In this document: in pieces, positions 13,063-24,716 of the stretch | Layout: every line of letters starts with the position of its first letter | How positions within the stretch are numbered: position 1 is the first letter of the stretch | From: Mobula hypostoma | Lineage: Eukaryota | Reading direction: 5' to 3' | NCBI RefSeq assembly: GCF_963921235.1 | Contig: NC_086106.1 | Coordinates: forward strand, 24,056,001 to 24,120,000 | DNA length: 64,000 nt | Made by a program: the position numbers and the translations under genes | Notes under the pieces: model-generated | The model's input: the letters and a program-made list of their open reading frames with translations, nothing else | What the model was told of the DNA's origin: nothing | The model's database searches: none

Positions 13063-13169
13063 CCAATGGCCTCTTAACAAAACGGAGGGCACTCCTGACG
13101 AACCACAGATTAAACTTATTTGAGAATACCCTTGTTTCATTGCAAATTCGTAGTGAACGGATCACAGAT
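13063..13169 (+). promoter_or_regulatory. Putative V-gene promoter
   Basis: CCAAT (13063), RUNX-type AACCACA (13101), octamer-like TTGCAAAT (13140); all retained in the paralog at 32777-32861. Confidence 0.5.
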
Positions 13170-13215
13170 ATGCGGGTCCTATATTTGTTTCTTATTGCAG
13201 CAGCGCTTCTGATTG
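13170..13215 (+). CDS. TRAV: TCR alpha/delta V segment 1, leader exon
   Basis: ATG..MRVLYLFLIAAALLI-G; 46 nt, phase-1 GTAAG donor. Confidence 0.93.
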
Positions 13216-13678
13216 GTAAGTTTCTCGACATTTTGAAAACCATCGTTCTCACCACGTTGAACAGGTTAGTTTATCACTGAATAGCTGTAAAGCAACATTG
13301 GTCATGGCAGCAAAGAATTTAGGAGTACGATAGTAACATGGATCCAAATCTCATGCAACTGGCAATAGAATGTTTGATGAGTATATCCGGGCCAAGCACG
13401 GCCGAATCGGACTCAGTCGTTGGCGGGGAAGATGTGTCTTTGTATTCCTCCTGAGATGCAATGAACTCCTTGATGGAGGTGATTGGAAGTTTTCACAAAA
13501 GATAATTGAATTCAGTCTTTCTTGCCACTTCTGCTAATTTTAGTTGAGCGTTTAACTCAAGTTGAAACCCCCCTCTGATTGGGCAGTACTAAGGAACCAG
13601 GGTTTGCTTCGGAGATATGCGAGCAGAATATTGATATTTCTTGATTGAAATTTTAAAATTCTTTTTGGTCTATAACAG

Positions 13679-13985
13679 GACATTGCCGAGGCGACGCTGT
13701 TTATCAGTCACCTGCTGTCACCACAGTCCGGGAAGGGAAAGTTGCAGAGTTAAACTGTAACTATACCACTACAAGAACAAGCAACCCTGGACTAATCTGG
13801 TACCGTCAGTATCCCGGAGGTTCTCTGGAGTTTCTTTTGGTCCGTTCGAAATACGACAAACAACTAGAGAAAATTCCCGGACAACGGTTCACGGCGCAGC
13901 TGGATGATTCGAGCAGAACGGTCCCACTCACAGTATCAGAAACACTTCTAGGAGACACTGCCATCTATTACTGTGCTCTGAGCCC
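13679..13985 (+). CDS. TRAV: TCR alpha/delta V segment 1, V exon (open)
   Basis: AG acceptor; HCRGDAVYQSP..LNCNY..LIWYRQYPGG..RFTAQLD..DTAIYYCALSP; C23, W41 and C104 present; no stops. Confidence 0.95.
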
Positions 13986-14024
13986 CACAGTTGTACAGAA
14001 CTATTCTGAACCTGTACAATAACT
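13986..14024 (+). other. 23-RSS of V segment 1
   Basis: Heptamer CACAGTT, 23-nt spacer, nonamer ACAATAACT. Confidence 0.93.
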
Positions 14025-14521
14025 AGTTTATTTCTCTAGTGGCTGCTTAGAGTAACTGCTTCTTTCTGAGCGTCTGTAGCTCCTAGGTCGATCAGTATAT
14101 GTCCAAATTTCAATATATTCCCTGAGTTAATTATCCAATAGATTGAGTCGCCTTGAGCCCCTTACTCTTCAATCTGTTCCAATGCACACGCAGCCAACAA
14201 AATCCAATCTCTAGTCTTTCACAAGACAAAGGAAACCACGGCCTTCCATTGTTTCATTTTTCGCTCACCATTTCGAAGAAGAGCTTCTTTCCCTTGCATT
14301 GGGGTGAATGCGGATGCTGGAGTGAAATGTTCTTTATTCTCCAATATGCTACTGTGTTAAAATCTCACATTTTCCGCAAGTTTTGCAGTTTTTAACATGA
14401 AATCTTATTGTTTTATTTGTTTTATTTCTAGTTTTTTCTCAAAGTTATAGCGCAGCGCCCTCGTATGGTTTACTAAGTAACTGCAATTTAACATTGCAAA
14501 CGATCACAAAGAACAAGTAGC

Positions 14522-14913
14522 ACCTCCCCCTCGTACCCCATCTGTTACTCATTTTTATGCACACATTCTTTCTCTCACTCTCCTTTTTCTCCCTCTGTCC
14601 CTCTGAATATACCTCTTGCCCATCCTCTGAGTTACCCCCACCCCCTTGTCTTTCTTCCCGGACCTCCTGTCCCATGATCCTCTCGTATCCCCTTTTGCCT
14701 ATCACCTGTCCAGCTCTTGGCTCTATCCCTCCCCCTCCTGTCTTCTCCTATCATTTTGGATCTCCCCGTTCCCCTCCAACTTTCAAATCCCTTACTCAGT
14801 CTTCCTTCAGTTAGTCCTGACGAAGGGTCTCGGCCTGAAACGTTGACTGCACCTCTTCCTATAGATGCTACTTGGCCTGCTGCATTCACCAGCAACTTTG
14901 ATGTATGTTGTTG
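14522..14913 (+). mobile_element. Penelope-like element 3' end / pLTR
   Basis: Pyrimidine-rich PLE 3' sequence with CTGACGA..GAAAC motif; flanked by direct repeat GAACAAGTAGC (14511-14521 / 14914-14924); absent from the paralogous site near 33985. Confidence 0.85.
14813..14848 (+). ncRNA. Minimal hammerhead ribozyme motif
   Basis: AGTC-CTGACGA-AGG(gtctcgg)CCT-GAA-AC-GT-T-GACT: stem I AGTC/GACT, stem II AGG/CCT, loopless palindromic stem III ACGT, GUU cleavage triplet. Confidence 0.75.
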
Positions 14914-16174
14914 GAACAAGTAGCTGCGTGTTCTTGTACAGGACGAAATTGAATTTTAATTTACCGCTAACCCTCACTGAGCTAATCGTGGAAGATGTAG
15001 GTTACAGTGCAAGATTTACTTTTTTTCTTTCCACAGAATTGTACACTTAACAATTTTCGATTCTGCTCAATTTCACTGTTGTACACTGTGAAAACACCAT
15101 GTCTATTTTACCTACCTGTGCTCTTGAAACAATTACATTTGTCTATAGAGCCCTCTCTGGCAGCATATCAGAGATATGAAACACACACTGAACTAAGAAA
15201 AAATAAGAGCTATACTTCCGTTCTCTTTGAAGTATTCATCTTATCAGCTTAAACATAAGAAACTTATGCCCCAATGTGTTCAATAATTAGCAAGTATGCG
15301 ATAATATAGTTGTAGGCTCCAAATATCGCTGATATTTTGAAATATGTTTTGTCACTTTACCCTAGTGTTCCTGCAGCTTCAAATAAAAACAGGCTTAACA
15401 CATCGATTGTGACCCGGCCGTAAGTTCTCCTGATGAAAAGAACATTGCAGGCAGTCCAATTTTGCGTAAAAAAAAAAGACGACGGGGACAAATTACCGGA
15501 AGCAAAATACAGACTCCTGTGCAATGCCTTATGATTCAATGTTCAAAAACCCTTAAACTCTAAGGAATATCATAAAACGTTCCCGATAGAACAATCTGCG
15601 TGATATATCACAGGTGGATGGTTATACAGTACTCACCTAGTCTTTCTGAACTTGCTTACGATCACGTCTAATCTCTGCAGCGAGTTGAAGATGCCAATAC
15701 TCAAATGTTCAATGCGATTGTGGTGTGTACACAATCACAAAACCGGAGAAATAAGTCCCAGCTTATGATTTAGTAAAACAAAAAAAAAAACAGGTTATGT
15801 TAGTTCATAAACGCCAACATGGACGTCTCGATCTGCAGCTCTCATTGAAAACAAACAAAAAAAAAACATTAGATATTCTCTTTTCAGCATGCTCACAACG
15901 ATGTTTTTCCAAATCTGTTTTTCTCTTTTTCTTTTCAGACCTTTCTCTACTTGACTGAACTGAGTACGTTTTTCTATATTTATTTATTATATCCTGCATT
16001 GTAAGGCGGTCGTAGGTTTTAATAAGTGTTACGAAAGATGACGGTGATATTGAAACGGATTTTAATTGTGATTTTACCTGGTCTATTGGACATACTTAAT
16101 TTCTGTACAAGTGATTAAAAAAACACAAGTTTAACACTAGAAAGAAATATGGGGATTATAAAAGATGTATGATC

Positions 16175-16700
16175 ACCATAAGACCAATAGGATATAGGAG
16201 CAGAGCTAGGCCATTTGGCATATCGTGTGCTCTCCGCCATTTCATTATGGCTGATGCAATTATCCCCTTAGCCCCAACTTACCTACCGGATTTCCCCCTG
16301 TCCGTTTATACATTGACCAATCAACAGTCTATAAAACTCTGTAGTAAATGTACGAATAAACGTGTTCCACAGCTGTCTATGACAAACAATTCCACAGGCT
16401 CACTATTCTTTGGCAAAAAAATAAAATAAAATCATGCTCCCTTCTAAAACATCACCCCTCTATACTGAGTCTGTCCCTGTGGTGTTAGACTCTTCCACCA
16501 TAGGAAACATCATCTCCGCAATCAGTCTTTCAATGGCTTTCACGGCTTGATATGTTCCAATGAATTCTAATGAATAGAGAAATAAGTAATCTGACGCTTC
16601 TGTTACGTCAAGTCATACAACCCTCGAATCATTTCCCTGAACCTGTTTTAAACCTTCTACAGTCTCAGCATACCCTCGCCTCTCTTTTACACTTGATGCA
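16175..16700 (-). mobile_element. CR1 LINE 3' fragment (paralog at ~38140-38660)
   Basis: Reverse-complement CR1 3' end; the + strand ORF at 16169 is its antisense. Confidence 0.75.
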
Positions 16701-16919
16701 TTTGAAGAATCTTTAGTTGTCCGCTTTAATATTTTAAGCTATCTTATATTAGTTTTCCGTTATTGAGTTTTAATCACATCTTGTAGCCTTCAGTATTTAT
16801 TTCCAAGCCTCTAAGTTTGCACTAATCTTTCATCTATTATATGCCCTCTCTTTGGATTTTATGTTGGTCTTGACATCTCCTGTTCGCCATAGTGGTGTCA
16901 TCTTTCCTTCGGAATACTT

Positions 16920-19100
16920 GTTCGTCTTTGTTATATATATTGATAGGGTGGAAACATAGCTTGACGTAGCAGCATTTCAGTGGAGTAATGGAAATTACAG
17001 TAGTATGAGAGAGGAGATTGTCAAAGTAAATTGGAAGAAGATGCTGGCAGGGACAAACAGTCGCGTGAATTTCTGAGTAAAATGAGGAAAGCACAGGATA
17101 GATGGATTCCAAAACCTAAGAATTACTCAAACGGCAAACAGTACAACAGCCGCTGGCAGGGGAGATCAAACAGAATGTCAAGGCAAATCAAAGGATATGC
17201 AAAAACACATATTTGCAGGAAGATAGAGGATAACGTTACTTTAAATCACTGTAGAGGGCGACTGAAAAGTCGGTAGAAGCGAAAGGGTGAAATATGAAAT
17301 CAAGCTAGCAAACAATATGAACGTGGATAGTAAAAGTTTGAAGCGATGTAAATCATAGAACAGTGGTGAGTGTGGATATAGGACCGCGAGGAAATGAGAC
17401 CAAGAAATTAATCACGGGACCAAGGAGCTGGCAGATAAACCAAATGAGCCTTTTGCAGCCGTTACCAATCTGGAATGCACCAGCAGATGCTCAAGGATGT
17501 AAGAAAGAGAAGTAAGCGCAGAACGTGGTCAAAAAGCTGAACGACATAACAGTAGTTAAGTCACCTGAGCCAGATTAACTGCACCCCAGTGTTCAAACGG
17601 AGGTAGCGGTAGAGATTGTGGAGGCATTTGTAATAATATTTCACAAAAAAAAAATATATTTTGACGCTGGCATGATGTCAGAGGGCTGAACGATTGCAAA
17701 CGTTACTCCACACGTTAAGAATAGAGGAGGGCAGCGGAAAGGAAATTATATTAATTTAGCCTGACTCGAGTGTTTGGGAAGATATTAATAATGATGAGGT
17801 GCTCTTGGAGACACAGTACACGATCGGAAAACACAACATGGTTTCCTGAAGGGAAAGTCTTGCCTGCGGAACCTGGTAGGATTCTGTGAGGGGTGTACAC
17901 GTACGATTGATTTACGGGATGCATTGGACGTTCCAGTTTTGTACCTCCAGAAGGCATCTGACAAGGTGACACACGTGAGGCTGCTTAGCAGGTGTAGATC
18001 CCATGATGTTACAGGAAAGTTAATGGCACGGTTAGAGGATTGGCTGATTGGTAGCAGGCAGCAAGTGGGAATACAATTATTCCTATCTGGTTGTCTGTCA
18101 GTGACTAGGGTCTCTTCGCTGGGGTCGAATATTGGGAACATCTCTTTTCATGCTGTATGTCATTGATGGAATAGATGGTTTTGTTGCCAAGTTTGAAGAT
18201 AGTTGAAGGGCAGGTAGTGTTGTGGAATCAGGTAGGATGCTGACAGACAGGAAAAAAAAAACACGAAAATATGCAAGGGAGTGGCAAATAAAATACAAAG
18301 TTGGAAAGAGCGAAATTAATGTACAAGCGTTTGCATTTTTGTCCTGGTGCAGAATTTTGTTTTTTTTTTTTTTTTTGTTAACGGAAAGAAAAGCCAAAAT
18401 AGGAAATGCTAATTGATTTAGGCATCCTTGCGCAGAAGAGCTTAATGGTTACCTTGCATGTGTAGTCACTTGTGAGGAAAGCAAATTCAATATTTGCATT
18501 CATGTCAAGATGTCTATTACACAAGAGCAGAGATGTGGTGATTGGGTTTTATAATACATTGGCGACTCTTCTCCTAGACTGTTGTGAACACTATTGGGAT
18601 CGTCATCTCAGAAGCGATGCGTTGGTATTTGAGAGGTTTCACAGCAGTTTCACAAAGACGAATCCGGGAATAAAAGGCTTATCATCCGGCGTAGTTTGTT
18701 AGGTCTGGATCTGTACTAGCAGGAACTTACAAGGCCGGGGGATATCATTGGTAAGTTTCAAATGTTGAAATGCCTAGAGAGTTTTGAGGAGGAAAATGAT
18801 GCTTGCCAGGTTGGGGAAGTCTAGGACAAGAGGGCACAGCGTCAGAGAGAGGGCTGTCAATATAAAACAGAGAGGTGAAAAATTTCTACAGAAGAGATGG
18901 ATGAATGTGTGGAATTTATTTACACAGTGAGCTGTCTATGCCAGGTTGTTGGTGGTATTTGAGCCACAGCTAGCTTCGAGCGTTCTTGATTAAACACGGC
19001 ACCAAAGGTTACGGGGAGAGAGTCGCAAATCGGGGAAGAAAAAAGGGGATCATCCATGATTGACCCAATAGCTAAATTATGCTCCTGTGTCTTATGGTCC
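16920..19100 (+). mobile_element. Degraded CR1 LINE ORF2 and 3' end
   Basis: GNYSSMRE, QHGFLKGKSCL and RT-region relics; CR1 3' tail at ~19080-19100. Confidence 0.85.
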
Positions 19101-19139
19101 AATCAGTTTTGATTACTGGTAGGACATCAATCCAGAACA

Positions 19140-20260
19140 GCTGATCCTCCAGAGGAATCAACCGCGTGCTTTTCTAAAAAAATCGATCGCGCCAGGACTA
19201 GAAATACCCACTTCTGTAATCCAGTACCACCTGATTTTCCCAATCATTCTGCATATTAAAGTCCTGCAACACTATTGTAACATTGCCCTCTTGGCATCCA
19301 TTTTCCAACACCCGTTGTAGTTTGCAGGAAACATGTTTACTGAATACGTAATGATTCTAACGATTTGATTTTATTTTTGACGTACACTGCAAAGCCGCCC
19401 ATTCTGCATTCCTGTCTATCGTTTCGATACAATGCTTATACTTTGGACATTAGGCAACCACCTATAATTTTTCAGCCACGTCCCCTGATGGCCACTGCGT
19501 CATGACTACCAATTTGTCACTGTACTGGAAGTTCACATTCCTTACTTCATGTTCTGCGCACATTTAAACACGGCACCTTCAGTCTTTTAGTCACCCTTTT
19601 CGATCGTGTCGCACTATTCTCATACTTATGATTCCCAGAGTACTCTGTTGTCTTATTAACATCTTCCCACACACACTCTCTCCGAACTATTCTGGCACTC
19701 TGTTTCATATCACCCTGGAACACTAATTGGAAATCCACCGTGCAGTAGTTACAGACCTCCCTGCCAGGGCACCTGTCCCCATCCAGTTCAGATGCAAACC
19801 GACCCTTCTGTACGGGCCCAAAGTCCTTGAAAAAGACGAATGATTCAAAAATATTACGCCCCCTCTCCTACACCATAACCTATCATATGTTACGGTGTAT
19901 TATCTTGATGGCTCTGCACTCAGTAGCATGCGGCACAGGTAGCAGTCCTGAGATGACTAAGCTGGGGGTCATGCTATTTAATTGAGCACATAAATCACCA
20001 AACTCCCTATGGTTAAACGCAACACTGGTCTTGCCAATGTCATTTGTACCTGCAGGGCTCATTGTTTCTGTTTTTCCATTTTATTATTTTAGAATGCTGA
20101 GGCCTTCATCGGAGAATATCCCAGGCCGTGGCACCAGCCAGGCAACATATCACCCGTCAATCTTGTTTTCGCCCACAAAATCCCCTGTTTGGAAATTTTA
20201 CTGACGAATCCTCTATTACCATAGCAACCCTCTACTTCTCTCAGCCCGCTTTTATAAGCA
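19140..20260 (-). mobile_element. Old CR1 LINE: ORF1 esterase and start of ORF2 endonuclease
   Basis: Minus strand LKVPCLNVR (LN-ARS motif relic) and MLPGWCH (C-LPGA esterase relic). Confidence 0.6.
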
Positions 20261-20671
20261 TTCTTAACGAAATGAAGGTGTATACCAGAATTGCAGCCGA
20301 ATGAGCTGAAAGAAAAAAAAATGTTGAGGAAGGAACCTTTGTTCATATTTCTGCCATTTTTGCCCATTTCGAAGAAATCCAAATCTTTCTAATACTTATA
20401 CCGTTTTGCTCCGACCGGAAGTTATTTCCAATTGATGGATTCCGGACACCTGCAGAACGAAAGGACTCACGGAGTTTGTTTCGAAGTTTCTGAAACAAGG
20501 TTTACGCGCATTTCAATTTACTGCTAATAGGAATGGCTCTCTGTGTGCAGGTATATGCCAGCTATAGCTGATCATGTAGTGGCCGAATGAATGACGTATT
20601 GTGCTAAGTGTCTTGCTCACATCTGTTTCGTAATCATATTTCTTGGTCAGTCAGACACTTTTGTAATCTAG

Positions 20672-21340
20672 CTGTTTTGTTTTGTAAACGATGCGTTTTG
20701 CAAAGCTGTGTCTGCAGATAAAAAATATACTGCTCCTTGCAAATTTCATCAAAAACGATTCTTGTGGCCTACTATTATCTGAGCAATGCATATTTATTCG
20801 AAGAACAGATTTGTTGGGAAGAACTCGGATTAACGTCAGTGAAACAAATTCGTTCCACCTGATTGTGGTGAACATCCAATGGTATGGTCTTCTGAAAGGT
20901 GTCGGATGAGGGAATCTCTTAGGTTCTTCCTGCAGTTCAGGAGGAGTCCAGGGCTGTCGAGTAATCATGACTGAAGCACCGTCTGTGGCGAGTATTCTCT
21001 CTAAATGACTTGGAACAGAAAGGATTTCTGTGAATTCATAGATGCGTTGGAAGCTATGGTACAAACAATAGCGTTGTGCATTGTAGCATGTTCAGGTCTG
21101 CCTATGTACGAAGCATACAGACACAGACCCTAACTCCACCATAATGACACACCATTTTGAGTGTCTTTCTTGGGTTTTCAGATTCTGTGTATTCTATCTT
21201 GCTTATCATTGGCATAATTTGGAATCCACTGGTGATGCAAAGTAATAGGATCAGTTGAGTTCGATGGTGACATGAAACTTAGCTGAAGCTTATACTTTCC
21301 ACGTACACAAGCCAGGAAATTATTACAGTTTATGGCAGTG
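20672..21340 (-). pseudogene. Candidate inverted, decayed V segment with 23-RSS
   Basis: Minus strand: FLACVR-G|GAAAGT (mutated donor, 21300); 272-bp intron; CACAG acceptor (21028); 317-nt exon with LNC, HW, R....D.SR and AVYF relics in mixed frames; CACAGCT-23-ACAAAACAG (20710-20672). Confidence 0.4.
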
Positions 21341-21419
21341 TGTGCTACAGTTTTGAGATATCTGAAAGTATAGCTAAATGCTCTACTCTGGTTTTCTAAG
21401 ACCGCATCCATAACTCAGC

Positions 21420-21655
21420 TGAGCGTAATTCGCAATCTACAATAGAATATTGGGTTTTCTCAAGACTAGGACAGGCCCAGTATATATGGATAAGCGAAGA
21501 CTCAGCCCCTTTACACTTATCACAAACGGGACTAATGTCAGGAGAAAACCGAGATAAATTAGTTTTAGACATATCAGCACTCTGTACAACATAAACTGCA
21601 AAAGGCAGTGGCGAGCACATAAAGAGGTTAAGTAAACTGACTTGAGAATTGAATC
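21420..21655 (-). mobile_element. L1 ORF2 C-terminal fragment
   Basis: LSRFSPDISPVCDKCKGAESSLIHIYWACPSL zinc-knuckle region. Confidence 0.8.
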
Positions 21656-22099
21656 TCAATCCGCATCAGATAAGGAGATATTTAGATTATGTTTCCAGGC
21701 AGTTCGAATTTTATCGAAGGAGGCACGCCTCAAAATCACTGACTTATTCCGAAAAGCAGATATTAAACATTTACCAAACGGATTGACACAAATAAACAGA
21801 TCCAGAACATTTTTCCTCAGGCATCTCTGGCATCTCAGGAAAGTTTAATATGAAAGGGTTAATGAATTGTCTAATTTGAAGATATCTAAAGAAATGAATA
21901 TTTGGCAGGTTAAATTTTACAGAGAGTTGTTGAAAAGTTGCAAAATGACTATCTACGAAAAGATCTTCAGAGCGCCTAATAGTTTTATTTCTTTTTTTTT
22001 AAACTTACCTTATTTGCTGTATTTTTTCACGGTAACACATTGAAGCTGTACCTTCTCTAACATGCTGATGGAGAAAATTTTATATGGGTTTTCAGCGCT

Positions 22100-23060
22100 G
22101 GAAATAGTTACATTCGGACACGTCTCATTGGTGGGGCAACAATATGGTGGCATTGTTTATTCCACGGACAATCTGATTGTGCTTATGCCGGCCGGTTTAG
22201 CGAACAGAGCGGAGGACACCCCTTCTAAAATCTGGAGGAAAACACACAAAGGATGCAGAAGGTGATCAGAAAGGCAAGGGAAGAGGACCGGATCGAGACA
22301 ACAGAAACTTATGGAGAAGAGGAGCTAAAAGCCGTGCCGTCCCTCTCCATTATGGGCAAAATGAGATCGCTGGGTAATAAAATGGACGAGTTGACCGCGC
22401 TAGCCAGGAATCTGAGAACATTTCGGGAGTGCAGTGCTATGTATTTTACTGAAACGTGGCTGCACGAGGACATACCACACCAAAACTTTTCCATAAAGGG
22501 TTCGAGACAGTTCGGGCTGACCGGAAGTGTACTGAGAGCAGTAAGCGTAAAGGAGGGGGGCTTACTGTGCTGCTTAACAACAGATGGTGCAATCCTGGTC
22601 ATATTAGAATCACGGAACGTGTTTGTATCCCGGATATTGAACTTTTCGCTGTTGGACTCTCGGCCATATTATTTGCCAAGGGAAATTTCACATTCAATTG
22701 TGGTTGCTGTCTACAACCCTCACTCTGCCAACACGACGTCGGCGCGTAACATCATTTGCACCGTTGGGCACAGGAGGACATTCAGCCAATGACTCATTCC
22801 ACCGGGATGCAGCACTGATCGTCATTGGGAGTCATACCTGCCTGTGGCCATCAAACATTGCAGCTCTTCCCTTGGACGGTCTGTCTTCCTTAGCCAATGG
22901 GCTGGTCCTGGGCTTGTTTCCGTCTGGCATGGTTTACATATTATTATTTGATTGTTTGTGGTTCTGCATTGCTATGTTTGTACTCTGTTCTTGGTTGGTG
23001 CAACAGTAACGAAACCTCATTTCCCTCGGAATCAATAAAGTATGTCTGACTATCTAGCTA
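22100..23060 (+). mobile_element. Rex1/Babar LINE, internally deleted
   Basis: APE endonuclease RSLGNKMDEL..FTETWL..RADR..KGGGL..PYYLPRE; then a 3' end with CAATAAAG and (TATC)n tail. Confidence 0.82.
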
Positions 23061-23064
23061 TCTA

Positions 23065-24140
23065 TCTAATAACCTTTCTATACCAATCGTTTAATGTTGA
23101 ATCCCGCACAGAAGATAGGAAAAGGTGATTGTGTAAAATAGGGCTGGAGAGTGAAAATCCATGAACACCATTAAATTTTCTGAACTGAGCCCATATTTTC
23201 AGAGTATCTCTAATAAGAGGATTAACAATTAGTCTAGGCAAATGAAAAGGAAGTGCGGAACTGAGAAGAGCAGAAATGGAAAGATCCTTAATAGAGTTCA
23301 ACTCCATTGCTACCCATTTTGGGCAGCCTGACTGATTATAGAAGGAAGACCAAAAAATTAGGCAATAAATACTGGATGCCCAGTAATATAAACGAAAATT
23401 AGGGAAGGACATACCTGGAGAGAAATTCTGGAAAGACATTTATTCAACACTCTCTCATAGTCTTAATTGCCATTTAGAACGTAACCACCTGGTGCTCTTT
23501 TTGACACCTTAGGTGAAGTAGCTATGCACTTGAGTCCAACTAAGCGTCGAAAATTATCTTTTGGCTCTCTCTTGGCTAAACGGATAGTTCTTCTTATGTG
23601 GAAATTTGCTGCCCCACCCAATCACGCTCAATGGCTTAGTGATATTATGTCCTGTTTAACCTTGAAAAGAACCATTATTCACTTCGTAATTCGGACATAA
23701 AGTTTCATGAGCTATGGGAACCTTTCTTGAATATTTTCATAACTATCCTTTAGGTTAAGTTTAACCTTTTATTTTGCATGCTCCACTCCCTTACTTTCAG
23801 CTATTTTTCAGTAATTTTTTTACGTTTTTTGTTGTGAATTACATTATAGTTTTGGTAGTCGGCATTATACTTTCTTTTTTTTCTTATATATATTTACAGC
23901 TCTGTGGGGTTGAAAGCTCTGTTTTTTTTTTTTGCTTGCTTGTTTGTTTTTTGTTGCTTTTATACACAGAAATGGTTGGCCTGCTTTTTTCAGTGGGAGT
24001 TTGGGGTGGATAATAATCGTACATGATTTTATTTAGGGTGTGTTTTTTTAATTTGTTATGGATTATATATTGCTTGCTTTGCACTATATAAACTTCCATT
24101 TTGTTGTTTTTTTTATTCTGTAGCTCTATTGTAGAAATGC
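23065..24140. mobile_element. 5'-inverted L1 (paralog at ~39795-40880)
   Basis: 23065-23440 encodes FPNFRLYYWA..DWYRK on the minus strand; from ~23445 the + strand carries the L1 ORF2 C-terminus and 3' UTR. Confidence 0.75.
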
Positions 24141-24149
24141 AGAAAAATA

Positions 24150-24716
24150 TATTTTTTAAATACTTTGCCTAAATATTTCTGCTTATTTAAAGCCGCACCT
24201 GTCTCTATTACTAAATCCGTTTTCGACATTCAGATTCAATTATATCTTATTACTTATGGAGGAATAACCCCCCCCCCCCCCCGATTAAACAAAGTTCATC
24301 TTCAGAAAGCCAAAAACAAATGGAGGATTAGCCCTACCAAATTTTAGGTTTTACTACTGGGAAGTCAACATACGCTATCTTACGTATTCTATATGCTACA
24401 TTAATCGTGAAGGCTGCCCGGTTTGAGATTTTTAGAAGTTATTTCTGTTAATATTTTTTCTATTATTTCTCTTATTGGTTGTTCAATTATTTTATCCTTA
24501 AATAATTTAACTGATAATTTTGTAGTTAGTAAATATTCTTTGAGGATTTGGTTGCACTTTAGAAAATCCTTTGGGTTATTTGTTTTTCTTTCACTCTCCA
24601 GTCCCATTTTTTTCGGAATATTTTTGTTAAACCTTCTTTGACTGATATAGTTTATAAAGAGTAGAATAGACGAGGTATTAAATGTTTTCAGGATCTGTCT
24701 GTGGAAATAGTCTTTC
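24150..24716 (+). mobile_element. L1 ORF2 fragment interrupted by a sushi-like LTR element
   Basis: GLALPNFRFYYW relic; in copy 2 the same L1 (40890-41429) resumes at 46418-47525 after the LTR element. Confidence 0.75.

Noticed and set aside
15430-15436. CTGATGA as a hammerhead core (also 49484-49490 and the paralog near 37392)
   Set aside because: No stem II followed by GAAA and no flanking stem I.
15630-15720. Minus-strand exon with GGTGAGTA donor as a J segment
   Set aside because: No FGXG motif and no 12-RSS.
16169-16429. ORF conserved in both duplicates (also 38134-38508) as a gene
   Set aside because: Antisense of a CR1 3' end; its conservation is explained by the duplication.
18923-18929. 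Perfect CACAGTG heptamer
   Set aside because: Inside CR1, with no nonamer at 12 or 23 nt.
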